The translations under genes and the position numbers were made by a program. The notes under the pieces are model-generated. The model was not told where the DNA came from and searched no databases. It saw nothing but the letters and a program-made list of their open reading frames with translations. 64,000 nucleotides of DNA from Microcoleus sp. (GTDB lineage: Bacteria; Cyanobacteriota; Cyanobacteriia; Cyanobacteriales; Microcoleaceae), in NCBI GenBank assembly GCA_042408215.1, contig JAYFMW010000005.1, positions 192,001 to 256,000 of the forward strand. The letters run 5' to 3'. Positions 54,869 to 64,000 of this stretch are shown piece by piece (the first letter of the stretch is position 1; each line of letters starts with the position of its first letter).

Positions 54869-55282
54869 ATGAGTAAAGATTTTATCCATAAAGCCAGAGG
54901 AGTTTCCGTTCTCAAGTGTCATTTAGTGTTGACAACCAAATATCGGCGAAAAGTTCTGACCGATCCAATGTTGTCTAGGCTTGAGGAGATTCTCAAGAAC
55001 TTGATGGAAAAATGGGAAGGAAGGCTGATAGAATTTAATGGTGAGCGTGACCACGTACACTTGTTACTTCAATACACACCGCAAACCCAACCAAGTAAGC
55101 CGATCAACAATCTTAAGACTGTATCTAGTCGTTATTTGCGGAAAGAGTTTGTAGATGAAGTTGAAAAAGTTTACTGGAAAGATGTTTTTTGGACAAATGG
55201 CTATTTTATTGCGACCTGTGGCGGTGTGACGGTTGAGCAATTAAAGAAGTATATTGAGGAGCAAGATAGACCTGTAGAATAA
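54869..55282 (+). CDS. tnpA: IS200-type Y1 HUH transposase
   Basis: HLVLTTKYRR, DHVHLL, LKKYIEEQ. Confidence 0.93.
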   Translation: MSKDFIHKARGVSVLKCHLVLTTKYRRKVLTDPMLSRLEEILKNLMEKWEGRLIEFNGERDHVHLLLQYTPQTQPSKPINNLKTVSSRYLRKEFVDEVEKVYWKDVFWTNGYFIATCGGVTVEQLKKYIEEQDRPVE

Positions 55283-55421
55283 GATTTGTTCGTCTCGTCA
55301 TCCATCTGTCCACTGCTCAAAGCTATGCCTTGAGATTGTGTGCAGATGGAATCCTCGTCTCACGCGCCTTTCATCCCACACTAACCGAAGCGGTATAGTG
55401 TGGGGATTCCCGTCTGTTTAG

Positions 55422-55920
55422 CTAAAGTTTGAATCCAGCCCGGCCGATCGGCTGCACGCAGTTCTAATCCCAGCATAGAACAGTAGGGTTCTTGGAAATA
55501 CCGAGGCCAATCTGTTGGTTTGTCAGACAGCAGCCGCCCGATCGCTAAGACTTTAACAGCTTGGCCGTTTGAGGCGACGATCGGAGCGACTGTTAAATCG
55601 AAGAGAAAATATTTTTCGGCTTGGCCAAATGGATAGCTGAACCGTTCTGGTTCGAGGGTTTCGATCGCCCGTCGCAGGCGATCGAAGTAAGGCGCTGGGG
55701 GAAGAGGTTGCAGCGTGTCGATCGCGCGGCGATCGACAATTTGTGCTTTAGTTAGATTGTATTGCTCAGCTTTTTGCCAGTAGAAAGATAGATATTGCCC
55801 AGAGATATCTTGGGTAAATACTAACTCTGCCCCTAACTCTTGGAAAAAGGCCTCAGAGTGTCGGCTCGATCGCCAGAAATCCATGTTAGAGTCCATCAGA
55901 GTAGGGGGGAGAAACAGCAA
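55422..55920 (-). pseudogene. N-terminal (PAS-like) part of the IS-split histidine kinase
   Basis: ELVFTQDISGQYLSFYW; in-frame junction QTLA/TLKP on IS removal. Confidence 0.7.
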
Positions 55921-56134
55921 TAGCAGTGGACAAACCCTGGGAAGACAGACACAAAGTTTTGAGTGCGTGCTCTTCGATCAAATACCGCTTCGTAACCCGT
56001 AGCTTTTGCACCGAAACCGGCCTCCCCAGCCAGCGGTTTCCCGAAGGACTATCGCCCTCTTCGATCAACTCTTCGACAACATCTGCCAGCACTCTTCGAT
56101 CAACAACTGGGTACGGAAACAGGAGTGAAAGGCA

Positions 56135-56362
56135 TCAGTCGTTCCACTCGCCGCGGGGCGGGACTGGGGGGTTGCGGCGCAAGCTCAGAGCCAAATCGTC
56201 TTCGCGGCGCTCGCCTCTGAGCCACTGTCTGATTGCAGTTTCAATCACTTTGCTGGGGTCATTCGTCAAGTGCTTAATTTGATCTAGCAGTTCAGAATCT
56301 AGATGGATAGATACTTCCACTTTTTCAGAGGAACCGTGAGAGGATATGCTGGACTGGCTCAT
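56135..56362 (-). CDS. Small ribbon-helix-helix (CcdA-antitoxin-like) protein
   Basis: VSIHLDSELL...SKVIETAIRQW. Confidence 0.7.
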   Translation of the reverse strand: MSQSSISSHGSSEKVEVSIHLDSELLDQIKHLTNDPSKVIETAIRQWLRGERREDDLALSLRRNPPVPPRGEWND

Positions 56363-56687
56363 AGTTAAAAAAATCCTAGTTTTTTCTTTGATAACATTCT
56401 TAAGTTTCAATCTCTACAACTTGACTGGACTAGATATTTGAAGTCCATGTTTTACTCGCATCCTTTACACAACCGCTTTCTGTACAATGAGAGAGAGAAG
56501 TTTTTTCCCCTTGGGTGTCCTGGCTCGATCGGATGCGGTCGAGGATATGGACACTTTTGAGGTTGGCCTCACTTGTGGTTTCATCAAAAAAACCTTGTGG
56601 TGAGCGTAGTCGAATCCATCGGTAAGTGGGAAACGAGCGCGGCCCAAGCAAGCGAGAGGGAGCCGAAGTGTTTAATTGCAGATGACA

Positions 56688-56845
56688 AAGCTCTTAACTA
56701 GCGTCGCATTCGCCCGGTGTCGTGACCCTTGGGACGGCTACCTATTTCTAGGTGGCGAAAGTCAGTACGGCTTGCTTCGATTACTCCGGCAGGTCCAGTC
56801 TATGAGAGGGCTGGATAACAGACCTCAATGCCCAGTAAGAGGTTT
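56688..56845 (+). ncRNA. ssrS: Probable 6S RNA (boundaries approximate)
   Basis: Closing stem CTCTTAACT/AGTAAGAG, internal hairpin TCCAGTC/GGCTGGA followed by TAACAG, resembling cyanobacterial 6S from memory; downstream CAAGCA...TGCTTG hairpin. Confidence 0.6.
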
Positions 56846-56921
56846 AAGCAAGCACTGTACTCTTGCTTGTGTAATCATACAACAAAAAGTATCCTTTGCC
56901 GATTAGGTCTTTGACAAAAAT

Positions 56922-58736
56922 ATGACTAACGTCCCTGTATCTCGGATTCGCAATTTTTCGATTATTGCTCACATCGACCACGGAAAATCGACTTTAGCCG
57001 ATCGCCTGTTGCAGGCGACTGGGACAGTACAAGCACGGGAGATGAAGGAGCAGTTTTTAGACAACATGGAGCTCGAACGCGAACGTGGCATTACGATTAA
57101 GCTGCAAGCCGCTAGAATGAATTATACTGCCAAGGACGGTCAGGAGTACGTGCTCAACCTGATCGACACTCCTGGACACGTAGACTTCTCCTACGAGGTG
57201 TCGCGATCGCTGGCTGCTTGCGAAGGTGCGCTGCTGGTGGTAGACGCATCTCAAGGTGTGGAAGCACAAACCTTGGCCAATGTCTACCTGGCCCTGGCCA
57301 ATGATTTAGAAATTATTACAGTATTAAATAAAATTGACCTACCGGGGGCGGAACCAGAACGGGTAAAAGGGGAAATTGAAGAGATTGTCGGACTCGACTG
57401 TAGCGACGCGATTCTGGCTTCTGCGAAGGAAGGTATCGGTATTGATGATATTTTGGAGGCGATCGTCGAAAAGGTGCCACCGCCCCAGGATACCGTCGAT
57501 AAACCACTCAGGGCGCTAATTTTTGATAGTTATTACGATGCTTATCGGGGGGTAATTGTTTATTTCCGGGTGATGGATGGTAGTGTCAAAAAGGGCGATC
57601 GAGTGTTATTGATGGTTTCGGGTAAGGAATATGTGATCGATGAATTGGGCATACTTTCACCCACTCAAATTCCAGTAGACGAACTACACGCGGGAGAAGT
57701 AGGTTATCTAGGCGCGGCAATTAAGGCAGTAGCTGATGCTCGCGTCGGAGATACGATTACTTTGGTCAAAAAGCCGGCACCGGAGCCTTGGCCTGGTTAT
57801 ACTGAGGCGAAACCGATGGTGTTTTGCGGCTTGTTCCCGATCGATGCTGACCAATTTCCAGACTTGCGGGAAGCCTTGGAAAAACTCGAACTTAACGATG
57901 CGGCCCTTTCCTACGAACCGGAAACATCGAGTGCGATGGGATTTGGTTTCCGCTGCGGTTTCTTGGGTTTGCTGCACATGGAAATTGTGCAAGAAAGACT
58001 GGAACGAGAATACAATTTGGATTTGATTGTTACGGCTCCTTCTGTGGTTTATCAAGTCACCACAATTAAGGGAGAAGTGTTAACAATTGACAATCCGAGC
58101 CACTTGCCAGATCCTCAGTATCGTGATAAAATTGAGGAGCCTTACGTGCAGGTGGAAATGCTATCCCCGGAAACTTATGTGGGGACGCTGATGGAATTGT
58201 CTCAGAATCGGCGGGGCATTTTTAAGGATATGAAGTATCTCAGTCAAGGGCGGACTACGCTGATTTATGAGTTGCCTTTGGCGGAGGTGGTGACGGACTT
58301 TTTCGATCAGATGAAATCGCGATCGCGCGGTTATGCGAGTATGGAGTATCACCTGATTGGTTATCGCGAAAATCCGTTGGTGAAATTGGACATTTTAATT
58401 AATGGCGATCCGGTGGATGCTCTGGCGATGATTGTGCACCGGGATAAGGCTTATAATGTGGGCCGTGGGTTGACGGAAAAACTTAAGGAGTTGATTCCTC
58501 GCCACCAATTTAAGGTGCCGATTCAAGCGACTATTGGCGCGAAGGTGATTGCTTCGGAGCATATTCCGGCTTTGCGGAAGGATGTGTTGGCTAAGTGTTA
58601 TGGCGGTGATATTTCGCGGAAGAAGAAGTTGCTGCAAAAGCAGGCGAAGGGTAAGAAGCGGATGAAGTCTGTGGGTACTGTGGATGTGCCGCAGGAGGCT
58701 TTTATGGCTGTGCTGAAGCTCGATCGGGATTCGTAA
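56922..58736 (+). CDS. lepA: Translation elongation factor 4
   Basis: [35 protein letters not shown]. Confidence 0.99.
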   Translation: MTNVPVSRIRNFSIIAHIDHGKSTLADRLLQATGTVQAREMKEQFLDNMELERERGITIKLQAARMNYTAKDGQEYVLNLIDTPGHVDFSYEVSRSLAACEGALLVVDASQGVEAQTLANVYLALANDLEIITVLNKIDLPGAEPERVKGEIEEIVGLDCSDAILASAKEGIGIDDILEAIVEKVPPPQDTVDKPLRALIFDSYYDAYRGVIVYFRVMDGSVKKGDRVLLMVSGKEYVIDELGILSPTQIPVDELHAGEVGYLGAAIKAVADARVGDTITLVKKPAPEPWPGYTEAKPMVFCGLFPIDADQFPDLREALEKLELNDAALSYEPETSSAMGFGFRCGFLGLLHMEIVQERLEREYNLDLIVTAPSVVYQVTTIKGEVLTIDNPSHLPDPQYRDKIEEPYVQVEMLSPETYVGTLMELSQNRRGIFKDMKYLSQGRTTLIYELPLAEVVTDFFDQMKSRSRGYASMEYHLIGYRENPLVKLDILINGDPVDALAMIVHRDKAYNVGRGLTEKLKELIPRHQFKVPIQATIGAKVIASEHIPALRKDVLAKCYGGDISRKKKLLQKQAKGKKRMKSVGTVDVPQEAFMAVLKLDRDS

Positions 58737-58992
58737 TCTGTATGTAGGGCTTTGTGGAACAGGCCGGAAAGCCTGTTCCACAAACAGTCAGTTTTATTGT
58801 AGGTGTTTGTAGTCACCCGGCGGTTGAAACCGCGGCTACAAAAACAAAGTCCGCCTGCGCGGACTGAAGATTGGGATAACATTAGAGCCGAGTTTGTTTT
58901 GTAATTAATGGAAGTGAGATTAAGGGCGATCGCACTTGACCAAATAAATTGGTTGAGCTAAACTGAAATTTAGTTTAAATTGCTTATAGTAG

Positions 58993-59292
58993 ATGCACAT
59001 AATCAGCTACCGACGGGTGCGTGAATACAGCGAAACTCATGCTGATTGCGGGGAAACTTTGGATAACTGGTTTAAAATTGCTAGCAAGGCTAAATGGTCT
59101 AATTTAATTGAGGTACAATCTGTTTTTCCTAAAGCCGAAGCTGTTGGATGGTTTACAGTTTTTAATATCAAAGGTAATAATTATCGATGAATAGTTAGTA
59201 TTGATTATGAAAGCCAATTAGTTTATATCAAATATATTCTCACCCATGCTGAGTATGATAAGGAGAAATGGAAAAATGACCCTTACTTTTAA
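58993..59292 (+). pseudogene. higB: HigB-family toxin with in-frame TGA at 59188-59190
   Basis: VFNIKGNNYR*IVSIDY...ILTHAEYDK continues in frame. Confidence 0.85.
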
Positions 59293-59680
59293 TCCAGATA
59301 AATACAAAGAGTTATTGTCTCAGTACCAGCCGAAAATAATTAGAAACGAAGCGGATAATGAGAAGGCTCTGGCTATGGTGGAAGAGTTGATGCACCAGCG
59401 CGATCGCACTCCTGAAGAAAATGAGTTATATGAATTGCTGATTGCATTGATTGAAAAATTTGAGCAGGAATATTACGCACCAGGAACTACAGCAACGCCT
59501 CGTTCAATATTGCTGTTTTTGATGGAACAAAGAGAGTTACAACCTGCTGACTTGGTGCCCGTTATGGGATCTGAAAAAAGAGTGTCTGAAGTCGTTAATG
59601 GCGATCGGGATATTGGTAAAGAGTTGGCATTGATTCTGGGGAGTTTTTTTCATGTAGAGCCGAGTTTGTTTTGTAATTGA
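59276..59680 (+). CDS. higA: HigA-family HTH antitoxin
   Basis: LIEKFE, LMEQ, VSEVVNGDR; overlaps higB end. Confidence 0.88.
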   Translation: MTLTFNPDKYKELLSQYQPKIIRNEADNEKALAMVEELMHQRDRTPEENELYELLIALIEKFEQEYYAPGTTATPRSILLFLMEQRELQPADLVPVMGSEKRVSEVVNGDRDIGKELALILGSFFHVEPSLFCN

Positions 59681-59736
59681 GGGAAGTGAGATTAAGGGCG
59701 ATCGGACTTTTGGACATTAAGGGCGATCGCACTTAA

Positions 59737-60291
59737 TTAACAAATAGCCGAAGCAGGCGCAATTTCGCGGAGTGGCATCAGGAATTCTTGCTTTTCTTCG
59801 GGGGTGATATAGCCGCCATTTAGAGCCATTTCCATGAGTTGTTCGACAAATCCCTTTAACTCTGTTATAACTTGAGTTTTATTCAGTTCAAAGTGTTTAT
59901 TTCTGGATTTTAGGGTAAACTGGTTTGGAGATAAATATCCAAATTCTTTGAAATTACAGCTAATTTTATCGTTGGTTAAGGGCTGCAATTCAAGAGTAAG
60001 GCACACACTTTCAACAAATTCTATTTTGATGGGTTTCCCTTGGGATAACTCACTAAGTTTTTTGGGGAGTTCATCTTCTAGGAGCATACAGATATCGGGG
60101 TCTAAAAAAACTTTTAGTTTTTCTTCACCGATTTCTATTGATACTAGATGGTCGCATTCAAAGCAAAATAGTTTCAGGCCTAATTCAAAATGCGAAAGTT
60201 CTCCTAATGAGTCCTCTGGTGGGTCAGCATATTGTTCGCCATTAGGTGCTTCTAGGTGGATGGTAAAATTGCTATATTTATTCATCTTCAT
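59737..60291 (-). CDS. Putative immunity protein
   Basis: Acidic ORF overlapping the stop of the toxin-like ORF. Confidence 0.55.
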   Translation of the reverse strand: MKMNKYSNFTIHLEAPNGEQYADPPEDSLGELSHFELGLKLFCFECDHLVSIEIGEEKLKVFLDPDICMLLEDELPKKLSELSQGKPIKIEFVESVCLTLELQPLTNDKISCNFKEFGYLSPNQFTLKSRNKHFELNKTQVITELKGFVEQLMEMALNGGYITPEEKQEFLMPLREIAPASAIC

Positions 60292-60835
60292 CGCTCCTTT
60301 CTAATGAGGACAGCGTAGCATCATTGAGAACAGGATAAGCAGATTTGAATGTTCCATCTGGTTTCCTTCTAATAAAAGCATGGGTAACATTTTCAATTAT
60401 TGTTCCATCGGGATAGTGAACTTTCCCAATAGAACGCTTGAAATTTATAATGTAACAACCGGGATATTTCGGTGTCACTTGTTCAGCTTTTACCCAGTCT
60501 TGAGCATTTAGCCATTGGCCTTGAGGCTGATTTTTGGATGCTGCCCTGCCTCTAAAATTAAGGGGTTTCAGTTTTGGGCCATGATGGCGATCGATATGGT
60601 CGTAGGCTTTGATGGATTTTGGATTATGCCACTGAGGTTCTACTCCACTGCCTGTCCAGTCACAACCACTTCCTACTTCAATCGTTTGCTCTATTATATC
60701 CTGTTCTATAACTTCTGGAGTGTCTTCAGAAGTATCTCTGCCATTATTCAAAATAAGTGGTTTACTCCTAAATGGTATTTGATTAATGATTATACCATTA
60801 ACTGATTTTAGGAGGGCGATCGCACTTTTGGACAT
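60278..60835 (-). CDS. Orphan polymorphic-toxin C-terminal (putative RNase) domain
   Basis: DHIDRHH and terminal KSAYPV; start codon lies within a flanking repeat. Confidence 0.55.
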   Translation of the reverse strand: MSKSAIALLKSVNGIIINQIPFRSKPLILNNGRDTSEDTPEVIEQDIIEQTIEVGSGCDWTGSGVEPQWHNPKSIKAYDHIDRHHGPKLKPLNFRGRAASKNQPQGQWLNAQDWVKAEQVTPKYPGCYIINFKRSIGKVHYPDGTIIENVTHAFIRRKPDGTFKSAYPVLNDATLSSLERSDEDE

Positions 60836-60876
60836 GAAGGGCGATCGCTCTTATTAGTTTACAAAATATCCCTCAG

Positions 60877-63100
60877 CTACTGAACGAACAAATTACTTGC
60901 AGTCAAAGGAGCATCAGAGAAGACAGTAACTGCACCGCCCGAAGCAAAAGTAATTTTACCAGTGCTGTTGACTTGGCTTAAAACTGTGCTTGCAGTTAAC
61001 CCCGAACCCCGAATTTGAATGATATCTTTATCGGCGACAGAGAAAGAGTAGATGGTATCTTGTCCGATCAATACATCTTGAGTGGTATTAAAGTTGAAAT
61101 AGTCCTGACCAGCACCACCAATCAAGCTATCATTACCGACACCACCTTGAAGAAAATCATTTCCATCACCGCCAAAGAGTACATCATTACCTTCATTGCC
61201 GAATAGGTTATCAGCTCCTGCACCACCAATCAAGCTGTCATTACCGATACCACCGTCAAAAAAGTCATTGCCATCACCGCCAAAGAGCAAATCATTACCT
61301 TCATAGCCAAAGGCGACATCATCTCCACCTAAAAGATCGATCGTATCATTACCATCAGTACCAGTAAAATTGTCACGATTCTGGGTGGCGATCGGTGGTT
61401 TTGCTTGTGAGACATAACCAGCAAGGCTAGGAATTTCATAACCTTTATCCGCCAAGACTGCTAAATCCGCTCTTGTTGGGAATCGTCCACCAGCACCTGG
61501 TGACATAACTGCTGGTTGACCATCAATGCGGAAGTTTTGATCGATGTGAGGATTACCACCGGGCATAAATGGAATCGGATTACCACCATTAACATTCAGC
61601 GCATTAGGCCCCGTTCCTTGAGTGAAGGGATAAAAACCTAGTGAGTGACCAATTTCGTGTACGGCCACACTAATGAAATCATTTTGGGTTGCTGGAATAT
61701 CATTAACAGTTGTAGGTGTTGGGTCAAAAAACCAGTTAAGACTTGATTCAAAAGAGATGCTGCCAAAAATATCGCCCGGTTCTTGCTTGTCGAATGCTGT
61801 CATATCGAACTGTTTGACCAGAAACCAGTTGTCCTGCTGCGCTTGCGTTTGGATTACCAAAGACGGGAGATTGACCGCCGACGAACAGAACCATATCATC
61901 AATTTGGGAATCGAAGGTAACGTTTTGGTCTTGTCCCGTAATTGGATGGGTTATGGTGCCAGATATGCCAATAGGCGGATCGGGAAAATCGTTTTTGATG
62001 ACATCTTCCCAGATTTTACCTGCTGCTTCCAGCGCTGCTTTGCGACTAGGATCGTTAAAGAAACCAGTGGTATCGTAACGATAGTCGAACTTGATATTAA
62101 ATCCGTTAGGCGTAGGCGGGGTAGGCACTTGTGGTGTCACAGGTGTCGGAGTTGTTACTACAGGCGTCGGAGTTGTAACTACAGGTGTCGGAGTTGTTAC
62201 CGCAGGTGTCGGAGTTGTGACCACAGGTGTCGGAGTTGTAACTACAGGGGTCGGAGTTGTAACTACAGGCGTCGGAGTCGTTACTACAGGCGTCGGAGTT
62301 GTTACTACAGGCGTCGGAGTTATTGAAGGTGTCGGCGTCGGCGTCGGAGTTATTGAAGGTGTCGGCGTCGGCGTCGGCGTTATTGAAGGCGTCGGTGTCG
62401 GTGTTACCGCAGGCGTCGGAGTTGTCACAGGCTTCGGCGTCACAGTCTTAACCCCGCTAGCGTTAGCAATAGTCAAGTTTTTCTCACCCTGCAAAACTGC
62501 CAAATAATCGCCTGTCACCTGATCCTGAATAATCGTGTAGCCAGCATTAGCCCCTGTGCCCACATAAATATTGAGGTCATCAAAGGCAACATCGCTCCTT
62601 AACTGGATTACATCCTCACCGTCTGTATAATCAACGATCGAGTCCGCATCCGACAACTGAGGGCCCCCAGTATTTTTACCGATAAAAAAAGTGTCATTAC
62701 CACTCCCCCCAGTTAAGGTATCAGCTCCCTGGTCGCCATAGAGAATGTCATCCCCCAAGTTGCCTGACAGGCTGTCATTACCTTTGCCCCCTTGGATAGT
62801 ATCGTTACCTTTGCCCCCGTTTACGGTATCGTTACCCTCGCCGCCGTATAGCAAGTCATCGTCAGAGTCGCCAAAGAGTTGATCCTCTCCTTTGCCGCCG
62901 TACACACTATCATTACCCTTGCCGCCGTTAAGGGTATCAATGCCTTCGTTACCGTATAGCTTGTCGTCTCCTAAGTTGCCATAGATTAAGTCGTTTCCAT
63001 CACGGCCAAATACTAAATCAGAGCCTTGTTGTCCAAATATCGAGTCTGCATCGAGGGTGCCATTCAGAGTATCGTCAGCCAGCGTTCCATTAATGTTCAT
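60877..63100 (-). pseudogene. RTX Ca-binding / PT-linker / zinc metalloprotease, split by one frameshift near 61765-61769
   Basis: GGxGxD repeats at both ends, TPTPVVT repeats, HEIGHSLG; ORFs 61748-63100 and 60877-61902 overlap. Confidence 0.75.
62131..62440 (-). repeat. 21- and 30-bp coding tandem repeats (Pro/Thr linker)
   Basis: ACAGGCGTCGGAGTTGT.ACT units. Confidence 0.9.
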
Positions 63101-63582
63101 GTTGCAATCTCAGTGTGAATACTAGATTTATGCTTATTCGAGCTAAAAGTCTTTCTCCATCTCTGAAAAAATGACTTGCTAGCCTGTATTTTTCTGTTGG
63201 GCGATCGCCCTAACTTTTATGCGAAGTCAGGGATTTGCGATGTAAGCAAAAGTCCTGCATAGCAAAGCTTTCGCAGCGATCGCACAGATTCCCAAGAAGG
63301 CCTGCTACAGCCTCCTGTTTATATATCAGGGCCACACCCACAAAATTATGCAAAACCCAGAAAATAAATTAAAAAAATTACCACAGTACCCGAAACTAGA
63401 GTCAAACCCAGAAAATTACCAAAATTTAGCCCTAATCCCTGTCGTAACACTAACTGTAATCAGTAATCACTCAAAAGCCCCGCCACAAAGGTTTTAACCT
63501 GTGACTCGCACCACTTAAACTTGAGCTTTCAAGTATATTAAGCCAAATAACACCGAGCATACACTTACATACATCAGGAATT

Positions 63583-64000
63583 ATGTTAGACTTCCATCAG
63601 GAACTTCACACGCATCTATTTATGGCATCCACAAACGATCGCTTCGTCGAAGCAGAAAGCCGCTGGGATCTAAAAACTCTGTATGCAGACTTGGCCGCCG
63701 TTAAGGGAAAGCCTCTCACCCCCGTAGAAAAGCTGCATCTGCGGGGGTTGCTTTGTGGCAACAGTCCCGCTGAAATCGCCGAAAAGCTGAAAAAGAATCC
63801 CAAAGGTGTGGAAACTGACCTGTGTGCCTCTATTTATAAATACGTTAAAGGCTTTGTGGGTAAAGGCATTGAAAAGATCGAAAACTGGAGAAATATTGCT
63901 GAATGGCTTGATGATGCTGGATATAAAACTCAGTCGTCTGCTAAATTCCCAGTCAAAGATTTATTACCGCAAAATTGTGTTGTTAATGTAACGAATATAA
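63583..64000 (+). CDS. HTH-domain protein, runs off the window end
   Basis: Manual translation ...LTPVEKLHLRGLLCGNSPAEIAEKL...LCASIYKYVK...NWRNI. Confidence 0.7.
   Translation, partial: MLDFHQELHTHLFMASTNDRFVEAESRWDLKTLYADLAAVKGKPLTPVEKLHLRGLLCGNSPAEIAEKLKKNPKGVETDLCASIYKYVKGFVGKGIEKIENWRNIAEWLDDAGYKTQSSAKFPVKDLLPQNCVVNVTNI

Larger units (their letters stand above)
53389..55421 (-). mobile_element. IS605-type element with divergent tnpA/tnpB
   Basis: Minus strand: TTAG target, left end GAAT+CCCCACACTA...TAGTGTGGG, right end CCCACATCA...TGATGTGGG+AGTATGTCAC. Confidence 0.9.

Noticed and set aside
56430..56906. Short ORFs upstream of lepA, or RNase P RNA
   Set aside because: No recognisable protein motifs and no RNase P GAGGAAAGTCC signature; 6S-like structure fits better
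61673..62507. Plus-strand Gly/Val- and Arg/Cys-rich ORFs
   Set aside because: Antisense shadows of the PT linker

Overview
Chromosomal window from a filamentous cyanobacterium (dense HIP1 GCGATCGC sites, heptamer tandem repeats, many small dispersed inverted repeats; Oscillatoriales/Microcoleus-like by inference). Core genes: cmpABCD bicarbonate transporter, P-type ATPase, hemC, glgA, GH57, NifU-like, an hli gene, lepA, a probable 6S RNA and several sensor kinases and chemoreceptors. The most interesting accessory content is: (1) a Swt1-like HEPN-RNase III fusion followed by a second RNase III, bracketed by hairpin-forming repeats; (2) a T4-like RNA repair operon (Rnl1-like ligase + Pnkp) coupled to an Imm10-like gene; (3) four TnpB elements. 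Two IS608-like copies each inserted protein-silently into a TAA stop codon, an IS605 splits a histidine kinase, and an IS607 carries a pro-Fanzor-type TnpB; (4) HIP1-bounded cassettes and scars, including an orphan toxin/immunity pair and a chimeric fragment that has drifted toward new HIP1 sites. All calls come from reading motifs by eye; no database searches were run.
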